A stretch of 64,000 nt of DNA. Source: an uncultured virus (IMG/VR IMGVR_UViG_3300010362_000017) (taxonomy: Duplodnaviria; Heunggongvirae; Uroviricota; Caudoviricetes). Under the pieces are notes generated by a model. It saw only the letters and a program-made list of their open reading frames with translations. It did no database searches and had not been told where the DNA came from. The stretch lies in IMG/VR virus record IMGVR_UViG_3300010362_000017. The stretch is one strand, 5' to 3'. The translations under genes were made by a program, and so were the position numbers. Of the stretch, positions 19,417 to 28,400 are shown piece after piece (position 1 is the first letter of the stretch; each line of letters begins with the position of its first letter).

Positions 19417-19571
19417 CCTATCTGCCCCCGGATTCTCCGCCAATGTCCCAGCAGCCGCCGCCGGCCTCTTTCGACCAATGGGCCGCGTCAATGATGCTGG
19501 TGGTGCAGGCAATGCAGCGCTTGCACGCTGCCTTCGACGAAAAGTTCGTCCACTCCAAGAGCAGCCCATGA
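19413..19571 (+). CDS. 52-aa protein absent from the ORF track (MTYLPPDSPP...VHSKSSP)
   Basis: ATGA overlaps at both ends fill the gap exactly. Confidence 0.6.
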   Translation: MTYLPPDSPPMSQQPPPASFDQWAASMMLVVQAMQRLHAAFDEKFVHSKSSP

Positions 19572-19915
19572 GCGAGCAGCTGGATACTTATCTGACGCAA
19601 TCCTATCGCCGCGAGGTGCTGGGTGACGCCGTAACCGTCGAGATGCCGCCGGTGTCCGACAAGCTGATCGCGGAGATCGAGAAAGAGATCGGGCGCATCG
19701 ATGGCTTGAACCTGGGCGCGCACTTGGCGAACCGAGATTTCGTGAGCTACACCAATCGGCGGGCGATGCTGCGGCTGTTGTTAAAGCTCAAATCGGAACG
19801 GATACGGCAGAAGATGGAGCAGGAAGATGCCGCTTCAAGGGCCGGGACACTTCGAGGAGAACGTGCGGACGCTAATGGGGGAGATCGGGAAGTCCCCGCA
19901 CGTCCAGAGCCGTAA
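19568..19915 (+). CDS. Hypothetical protein
   Basis: ATG 19568 overlaps the previous stop. Confidence 0.5.
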   Translation: MSEQLDTYLTQSYRREVLGDAVTVEMPPVSDKLIAEIEKEIGRIDGLNLGAHLANRDFVSYTNRRAMLRLLLKLKSERIRQKMEQEDAASRAGTLRGERADANGGDREVPARPEP

Positions 19916-20210
19916 GCAGGCCCTCGCCATCGCCTATTCCAAGGAGCGCGGGCGCGCCGAAGGTGGTGCCGTCGCCGGGCTGGTCAACCACGACAACGAT
20001 CCCGAGTTGCCGCGCACGCCCGAGCCAGCGGAGATGGTGCCGATGATGCCGACGCCAAGGGGCTACCGCGATCCAGCCTATATCGACGTGATCCAGCGCT
20101 TGCTGGAAGGCCAAAAACGGCTCAACCAGATGCACCCGATACAACGCGAGCAGCTGCGGCGCTATGCCATCGGCGGCGTGCTGCGCTACATGCGAGGCGG
20201 TGCAGTCTGA
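19827..20210 (+). CDS. Small protein with KQALAIAY motif and three xxxGG motifs
   Basis: RBS AGGAAG; SRKQALAIAYS, RAEGGAV, YAIGGVL, YMRGGAV. Confidence 0.6.
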   Translation: MPLQGPGHFEENVRTLMGEIGKSPHVQSRKQALAIAYSKERGRAEGGAVAGLVNHDNDPELPRTPEPAEMVPMMPTPRGYRDPAYIDVIQRLLEGQKRLNQMHPIQREQLRRYAIGGVLRYMRGGAV

Positions 20211-20896
20211 TGGCAGGGCCGCTGCCGTACAGCGCGCTGCTCGATGCCTCGACGTCGGCGCTGATCTTTCTCAGCCAGCGTATCCCGGTGATCGTGTTCC
20301 TGACCAAGGCGATGTCGGAGGCCGATCACGTCTACACCGTCAACTACCCGAACTATCTGCAGGAGTTCCCGATCGCCAAGCTGCCGCCCGATGCCTGGCC
20401 GTTGTGGACCTGGGAGAGCGACCGGCGGACATTCGTGCCGACGCAAGTCGACCTGATTACCGATCGGCTGCGGCTCTTTTCCCAGCTGGCAGTCAAGAAG
20501 GCGACCGCGCTCGTGGAGGTAACCAGGGCGCTGACGATGGCGCGCTATCCGGCGTGGGAGGGCGTGCCGATGCAGGATGTCGTGTACGTTGCCAAGAGGA
20601 CACAGGCGCAACGGTTCAAGGACAAAGGCTATCCCGAGGGCGCGGAGCTAGATTTCCCCTATGTGCTGCAGTACGCGGACTTCTCCGGGCTGACCATGAA
20701 GGCGGCGGCCGATGAGATACTGCTCAAGGCGACCTTCGCCGATGACCTGCTGTTAAAGAGCGAGTTCTTTCGTCTGAAATACTTCGAGCGGATTAAGATG
20801 GTTACGGACCTCGAAGCGGCGGATCGGATCATCCCGGACTTTCGGCGCGACTTCTTCAAGGCGTTGGAGGTGGAGCGTGCTGTTTACCCACTATAG
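20210..20896 (+). CDS. Hypothetical protein; C-terminal half resembles tail-fibre-assembly-like helical domains
   Basis: QDVVYVAKRTQAQRF...FPY...LTMKAAADEIL pattern. Confidence 0.55.
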   Translation: MAGPLPYSALLDASTSALIFLSQRIPVIVFLTKAMSEADHVYTVNYPNYLQEFPIAKLPPDAWPLWTWESDRRTFVPTQVDLITDRLRLFSQLAVKKATALVEVTRALTMARYPAWEGVPMQDVVYVAKRTQAQRFKDKGYPEGAELDFPYVLQYADFSGLTMKAAADEILLKATFADDLLLKSEFFRLKYFERIKMVTDLEAADRIIPDFRRDFFKALEVERAVYPL

Positions 20897-21962
20897 GTCG
20901 GATTACGTTGGGCGCTTCGACACGCTGCCCGGCATGGCCAAGTTCAATGCCTATTTCAAGCTCTACCATCGCGTGGTGCCGGTCGATCGGACGGAGACCA
21001 TCACCTTTCCCATCCGCACCAAATGCCTCTTTCCCCTGCCGAAAATGAAGACGTTCACGAAGACCTATGAGCAGGTCTGCAATGTGCGCGCTCGCAATCT
21101 GGCCGCTCGCGCCGAGCTTTTGGATTGTCCGCTTTACGTGTTCTGGTCAGGCGGCGTGGACAGCACGTGTGTCCTGGTTTCGTTCCTGAAATGTGCCACG
21201 TCTGCACAAAAACAGCGGATTGTGGTGCTGCTTTCCGAGGACAGCATTACCGAGTATCCGCTGTTCTATCAGGAGCACATTCGCGGCAAGCTACCATGCC
21301 GGTCGGCGATGCTGTTTCCCTACATTCTCGGCACCAACAACCTGCTCGTGAGCGGCGAGCACAACGATCAGATATTCGGTTCCGATATCACGGCGGAAGC
21401 GATCAACCGTTTCGGCGACGCGGCTATCGCCGGTCCTTATGATCGTCTGGTGTTCCTGAACTTTTTCGAGGAGAAGCTGGGCGGCGACAGCGAAACGGCG
21501 GCGTTTTATGTGGAACTCTTTGAGCGACTCAAGGAGGCGGCGCCGATCCCAATCAAGACCAACTACGAGCTATTCTGGTGGCTGAACTTTGCCGTGAAAT
21601 GGCAGACGGTCTACATGCGGATGCTGAGCTACACGGCCAAGCGGAATGCCAACAAGCTCAACGCCAAGTACCTGAAAGACTACTACGCACCGTTCTACAA
21701 CACCGAGGACTTTCAGCTGTGGAGCATGAACAATCTCAACAGCCGGATTAAAGATGGTTGGCGCAGCTACAAGTGGCCGGCGAAAGAGGTGATCTACGAG
21801 TTCACCAAGGACATGGATTATCTCAACACCAAGATCAAACGCGGCTCGCTGCAGTACCTATTCGCGCAGAACCAGCAGTTCAACTTCATGGATGATCGGT
21901 TTCGGTTCCATGATGCTCTGGGGCCGGATGAGTTCTATCAGGAACAGAACGACTTTCTGTGA
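20877..21962 (+). CDS. Asparagine-synthetase-like (AsnB C-terminal domain, PP-loop) ATP pyrophosphatase without a glutaminase domain
   Basis: FWSGGVDST (PP-loop) and VSGEHNDQIFG, matching AsnB SGGLDS and SGEGADELFG; APF motif near the C-terminus. Confidence 0.75.
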   Translation: MLFTHYRSDYVGRFDTLPGMAKFNAYFKLYHRVVPVDRTETITFPIRTKCLFPLPKMKTFTKTYEQVCNVRARNLAARAELLDCPLYVFWSGGVDSTCVLVSFLKCATSAQKQRIVVLLSEDSITEYPLFYQEHIRGKLPCRSAMLFPYILGTNNLLVSGEHNDQIFGSDITAEAINRFGDAAIAGPYDRLVFLNFFEEKLGGDSETAAFYVELFERLKEAAPIPIKTNYELFWWLNFAVKWQTVYMRMLSYTAKRNANKLNAKYLKDYYAPFYNTEDFQLWSMNNLNSRIKDGWRSYKWPAKEVIYEFTKDMDYLNTKIKRGSLQYLFAQNQQFNFMDDRFRFHDALGPDEFYQEQNDFL

Positions 21963-22383
21963 TCACGGTCATGCGCTGGGTTGAGTTGACGTGCCGGTGG
22001 GGATGGCCGGCGGCGGCAAAAACCAGCGCGACCTTGGCCTCAGCTGCCACCCACACGCCATGCGGATATTCGGCTGGGATGTGGATCATGTGGCCGGCGG
22101 TGACTGCAATGTCCCGCCCGTCGATGTGGACGAAGCCCCCGCCCGTGATGATGTAGAGTTCGTGGTCGCCGTCGTGGGTATGCAGGGGAAAGCGCGAGCC
22201 TGGCTGCATCCGCACGAAGTCACAGCCGATCGCGCTGCCGTCCGCCTTGATGTCGCGGACGCCCTGTTTGCCGTCGATGCCGCGAAGCGGGACGCCGGCG
22301 TCGTCGTACATGGCACGCCAGTCGCCGTCGGTGATGTGGCGGATATGGTCGCGGTAACGCCAGGTCCGCGGCTGCAGGTCCAT
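21886..22383 (-). CDS. Cupin-domain protein
   Basis: MQPGSRFPLHTHDGDHELYIITGGG...AGHMIHIPAEYPHGV gives both cupin motifs with HxH..E..H ligands; RBS GGGAGG. Confidence 0.8.
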   Translation of the reverse strand: MDLQPRTWRYRDHIRHITDGDWRAMYDDAGVPLRGIDGKQGVRDIKADGSAIGCDFVRMQPGSRFPLHTHDGDHELYIITGGGFVHIDGRDIAVTAGHMIHIPAEYPHGVWVAAEAKVALVFAAAGHPHRHVNSTQRMTVITESRSVPDRTHPAPEHHGTETDHP

Positions 22384-22400
22384 GCCTGTCCTCCCGTGGT

Positions 22401-25400
22401 GTGATAAGTTCGCGAATCATGCCTACCACGGCGTACCGACGAAAGCAGCCGGACTCCGATGACGAGCCCCAAGGCGGCTTTCTGCGCAGGAGTGAGGACG
22501 GCAAGATTCAATGGCGCGGCATGCGCCGGACGAAGCAGCCGCGCCTGAGCGGGTTAGAGCGAGCGTACTGGGACGAGTATCAGAACAAGATCGCCAGCCT
22601 GCACTATCTCAACTCGAAGCGCTTCAACAGGCATGGCAACGCCGTTCCCGACGGCACCGACTTTGCGGTGATCAGTCGCCCCGGTAGTTTCGGCGGCGGC
22701 GAGCATCGGCGCCTTGTGTTCTTCAATCGCGCGCGGTTTTCATGTTCGGCTATCACCTGCAGCTGTTTGCGCATTCGTCCCGATTATGGCGGCTGCGGCG
22801 GTGGCTGCGATGGTGGCTGCGGTGGCGGCTGCGGCGGTTGCGGCTGCGATACTGGCGGTGATGCCTGCAGCGGCGGCTGCGCCATGGGTGGCGATACCTG
22901 CGGCTCTTGCGGCGGCTGCGGTGCGGCCTGTGGTGGCTGCGGCGCGACTGCCGGCGCCGGCTCATCAGGTGGTTGCGGCCCTGGCGCCTGCAGCTGCGAG
23001 GGCGGCTGTCCCGGTGGCGCCTGCGGTGGTTGTTCGACTGGTGGCGGCGGGTGTTCGGGCTGCAGCGGTGGCTGCGGCGCAGACTGCGCGGGTGGCGGCG
23101 CCGGCACCTGTGGCCCCAACTCTGCGCCCTCGGGCTGCACCGCTGGGAGCGCCGGCTGCGGCACGGCCTGCGCTCCCGGTGGCTGTGGTCCCGATCTCGG
23201 CGGATGCAATGCAGACGTCGGCGCCTCCTCTATCGGCGCGGGTGTCGCTGGTGGCTGGGGTGGCCCAACAGGTTTCGGCGACCTGGCGGGTGGAGTAAGC
23301 AGCGCCGCTGGCATGGGTATCGGTGCTACCGCCGCCGATGTGGGCTTTGGCTTTGGCGGTTTCGGTTTCGGCCCGTCGCAAGATGAGCCGTCGGGACCGT
23401 CGGGCGGTCGCGGCTCCACGGTGGCCGGTGTCGGTGTCGATTGGGGACCGGCCTTCAACGGCCAAATGGGCATCGTTGGATCGCAACTCGATTTTGCCCC
23501 GCCCGGCACCTACAGCGCTGTCTCGCCGGCGGCCTTCGAGAACGCGATGAACTACGGCTCGATCGTCGGCCCGACCGAGACTGCGGTCGAGCTTGGGCAA
23601 TCGATCGCCGGCCAGGCCAACGCGCTCGCCTCCAACGCCATCCTCAACGCGCCGCAGGCCGCGGTGCCTGGCGTCACCGCAGCTGTAGTAGGCATGGCGC
23701 AGTCGGGCATGTCGATTTCGGAAATGGCACAAGCTGTTTCGGACATGGGCATATCGCCGACCGGCCCGTTCGGAAACTTCGACAACCCGGCAGACATTAC
23801 CGGCATCCCCGCGCCGATGTCTGATCCCCAGGTCGGGCCGTCGAACGTCCGCCTGGGAGAGTTCGCACCGAGTGGCGGCGGCGACCAGCTTGCCGGCGGC
23901 GGCGGGTTCGATTTTGCTGCCGGGCCGGACGATTTGAGCGGTTTTGGAGATTTCACCACCACCGCATTCGATACAACAGATCAGCAGGACCAGGATCAGC
24001 GCGGGGGTGGCGGCCAGTTTGCAGCGGCGGCGGGTGCGCCTTCCGATCAGACTTTCGCTCCCGACACTCTCGACATGCTGACGGCCGGTGGTGGCCAGTT
24101 CGCGGGTGGCGGCCAGCAGTTTGCCGCGCTCGATACCGGCACGCTGACAGACGTGGGGACTGGCGGCGGCTTCACGACTGGTGGCGGCGGCTTCATGTCG
24201 TCGGTCGGCGACATTTCCGGTGGCGAAGGCGATATCTTCGGCGGCGGCTTCATGGACGCGGGAGGCATTTATCAAGGCGCTGCGCCGACGGATGTCCTCA
24301 ACGACATACTCAACTACACACCCGCCGGGCAGGAACCCGAGGACGCGCCGGACACCGACTACCTCAACACGGATTACGCCCGTGATCAGAGCGACCGCGA
24401 TGAGCGCGGCGGACGCGAGCGCGGTGCGCAGTTTGCGTCGTTGGCGCCACCTACTGGCGGCCTCACCCAGACACAACTCGCCGCCCTGAATATCCATCAG
24501 GGTGGCCCTGGTGCATTGTCCGCTTCCGGTGGCCCCGGCGAGAAAGCCTTCCCCACCACGCCGCAAGAAGTGGCGGCGGCCAAGACTGAGCAGCAGGCAC
24601 AAGCCGGCGGTGGCGAGCGTGCGCTCCCTGGCGATGTAGGCCCCGGCGGCATTCCGGCTCCGACGTACAGCACAACTCCTGAGCCTGGTCGCTATGAGAG
24701 CTTCGCTCCGCCCACAACATGGTCCCAGCCGCTCGATCCGAGCGCCTATCAGGCTCCGCCACAAGCCACGACGGGACCGGCGGTGCCGGTCGACACGTCA
24801 ATCGATCCAGAGGGTTTCGAGCGGTCTGATCAAGGGCGCGGGGCGGTCGCGCAAAGCGATCAACCTGCGCCGCGTGGAGGCGGCGTGCAGCCGGTCGACA
24901 CGACAATGCCGCCGGGGGCTTTCGAGCGTGGCGATCCTGGGCGTGGGGGAACGCCATACGGTTCGCCCTATACGACGAATGTGCCGCCGGGCGCAGAGCC
25001 CCAAGCTCCCGGACCAGGAGCGCCGCGCGATGTGATTGTGCAAGCGCCGTCGCTTGCGCCGCCTACCGACCAATCGCCGCTTGCGCCCGGCCCTGTGGGG
25101 CCTGGGCCAACGCCGTCCATAACAGCGCCACCGCAGCCGCCGTCGCCGCCTGCTCCTCCCTACGCGCCGCCACCACCACCCGAGGGAGGCGAGCGCGCGC
25201 GGCCGGGAGAAGGGGAACGCGGGCGCGTAACTGTTGCTCCTCCGGTGCCGGGACCAGGACCACTACTGATCCCGCAAGTCGGACCAGATGGACGGCTGCA
25301 GTTCTATGCTCCGCCACCAGTCGAGGGTGAGGGAGCGGAGCGGCCACCGATCGGGCCGCCGGGAACACAGACGCCGGGGCTAACGCAGCGGCAGCAAGAG

Positions 25401-28400
25401 GAGCAGGGCCAGGAACAGCAACGTCAGGAACAGGAGCGTCGGCGTCAGCAGCAGCAACAGGAGCAGCAGCAGCGAGAGCTAGGTCTGGCTCCGCAGCGCG
25501 CGCCCGTGACTGGGCCAACTCCGGGATTGACGCGCGAGACAGCGCCGACCGGGGCGGCTCCGGTCGCTGGTGTTGTCCCGACAGAGGCGCCGACGATTGG
25601 TGCCGGCCGGACAACCACGAAGGGCGAGGAGCGGCAGCAAATCGAGCCGCCGGCAACGACGCTCCCGCCGATACCGCCCGCGCGGGCAAAGCAGCTACCA
25701 GAGGCGCCGAAAGCGCCGGCAGTCGAGGCGCCGAAAGGCGCTCCGCCGGCCCCGCCTGGCTCCCCTGCGGCGAGCATTGCCGATATTGCAGCGGCACAGG
25801 CGGCGCGCGAGGCGCCGCAAGAAGCCAAGGCGACGCGCGCCGAGCGCCAGGCTGCGAGGACGCGCGACGTCAGCGTTCCGCCTCAGAATATGATTCCACC
25901 TGACGCGAATCAGGAACAGATCGACGCGCACAAGACGCCGCAGAGGGCCGAGCAGCGTGCGGCGATAAGAGAACGGCTCGCTGCCGATCCTGCGCTACGT
26001 GATCGGTTCGAGAAGGTGGTTCGTGCCGAGGGCGGAGACAGCCTTGCGAAGTCTACGACGGTCGCGGAGGCGACTATCAATCGCGCGATCGAGCACTTCA
26101 ACGGTGACATCGCCAAAGCGATAGCGCCCGAGCAGTTCGAGGGCCGCGGCACTAATCCCTACTTCCCAGCCAAATCTGATCCCGATCGGAAAGGGGCGTC
26201 CTCGAACGCAAACTCTAAAGCCGGCACTGACAACGCGCTGAATGGATCGGACCTCATTGATGGGGCGACCGGAAACGAGACAGGCAGAGGCGGCATCAAG
26301 GGCAACACGGCCCGCTTCACCGGCAACAACAACGTGGCTGCGGTTGGTCGCGATCCGAAGAGTCCAGACAACGAGCGCTACGGAAGAGAAACCCGTGGCC
26401 CGTGGGCAGATAGTCAGCCTCTAGGAGCGCGGACGGGGCCAGCGGGGCGCGCGCAGGCGCAAGCGGAAGGGCGTGCGCGGTCGTTCGCGGGGCTCGTGCG
26501 GGCGCCGGCGCTAAGGGCGAACAGGGCGGATGAAAAGGCGGGCCGACGCGAGTTCTCGCCGCAGAATCTGCAGGCAGCGGAGCGAGCGCAACCGTTGCGG
26601 CCTGCATCAGATCGAACATTAGATTTCAGCAAGAGCGCTAACGTCAATGTCAGCCGCATGAACCCTGCGGCAGTAGATGCTTTCAACCGCGCCTATCGCG
26701 ATTACGTTGCGCAAGGTGGTGACGCAAGTAGCGCCCACGCGAACTCAGGCTATCGCCCTGCCACCCAGGCGCAGGCGGAGCAGATGCAGAACGAGACGCC
26801 GGGCATCCGTTCGCAAGAGCAAATCCGGCGCGACATGGCGCGGAGCGGCGAGACAGGGCCGGCGGCTTCGATAGGAACGTCCAATCACGGCACCGGCAAT
26901 GGCCTGGACCTCAAGCTAGGTGGGTTTCGGACTTGGCTGGCGACGAACGGCCAAAGATACGGCCTGGCTGGGATTAGGGGCGGTCTTAAGGGCGATGATC
27001 CATATCACGTCGAGTATGTCGGCCCTGGTAGAGGTACAGGCGAGACGCAGATCGCTCGCCAAGCCCCGGTGCGCGGAGGCGAGGCGCCGCGTACTCCGTC
27101 CGGCCTGGCAGAGAACAGAGCCGCGCTGGCGGGTGGCCGAGGCACCGTCCCGGCGGTTCCCGGCACCGAGCCGGTGGTTCAGGGCGCGCCTATAGTTGCG
27201 CCGCCGACGCCGCCGGCTTGGGCACCGCAGTTCGGGCCGCCTCCGGTACAGCCTGTGCCCGGTCGTGCTGGCACGCCATCAGGACCGGGCATCGAACGCG
27301 GCCTTCCGATCACAGGCGGCGTGGTCTCGCCGCTCACTCCCGGCTTGGCCGGCACACCATCGGGAGCGGCGATCGAGCGTGGGCTTCCGATCGAGGGTGG
27401 CGTTACCGCCGGTCCCGGTATTGCTGGTCTGGTTGGCGGGCCATCGGGACTGAGGGCTGGAGAGCGCGCTCTTGATATCGTTGGCGGCGTGCAACGTGGC
27501 CCCGGTGAGCCTGGTGCGCGTGGCACGCCATCAGGCGAAGCGGTTCTGCCCCCTGGCTACGGCGTTGGCCGCGTCGGCGAAGTCACTCGTGAGCCCCTTG
27601 CGCGGTTAGGGACGGAGGGGCAGGCCCCGGCGGGACCGGGAGAGTGGGGAGTCACCGCTGGTCCTGGCATCGCCGGTCGACCTGGTGCGCCATCAGGACC
27701 GCCCGAGCAGCGTCCCGCGGTCGAGCCGACAGCGGAGGAGATGGCCGGCGGCTACCAGCCTAGTGTCGGTGCCGGTGGTGTGCAGCCGGGTGTCGGCGTG
27801 CCTGGCGCCCCTGGCGCCCAGGCCGGCGAGACGCGCGGCGGCTTCACGCTGACAGGACCGCCCACGGGAGAACCGACAGCGCAGCCTGGCCTCACGCCGA
27901 TCGCGGAGCCGACGGAGACTGCCGGCGTTCCTGGTGCGCCCGGCACTCAGGCGGGCCTGGCGCCAGAGGGCAGACCTACGGCACCACCGGAAACGCCACC
28001 AACAGAGACACCTCCAACAGAGACGCCACCAACAGAGACACCACCGACGTCGACATACGTGCCGCCGAGCATAGGAGTGTTGCCAAAGCCGCCGACCAAG
28101 CCTGAAACCAAGACCGAGAAGCAGCGCATTGAGGAAGCATTCCAGCACGGTCTCCAGCGCATGAGCCCGGAGGAGCGGGCGAAAATCCAGGAGTATCGGG
28201 CCAATGTCACCGACAAGATGAAATCGGATTTGGTCAACGGGAAAATGACCGTCTACGAGTTCATGGCGCAAGGAGGCGGCAACAAGGTTTCGGCGGCGAC
28301 TATCAAGTCGATCGCTGATGGCACAGCGATGTGGCCGCTTAGCAACTATCGGGCCGAAGTCCTAAAGGGAATGCAGGGCATACAGCAGACGGTCGCCGAG

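Noticed and set aside
22788..22830. GGCGGGCD as a canonical lasso-peptide core (Gly1/Asp8) for the AsnB-like enzyme
   Set aside because: No Thr at -2, no recognisable leader peptidase or RRE gene, and the tract is fused to a 2700-aa protein; only the looser modification hypothesis is kept.
22965..24764. Long antisense ORFs (also 5235..6503, 34224..35546, 36153..37901, 53039..54223)
   Set aside because: Shadow frames of well-supported GC-rich genes; no motifs or RBS.
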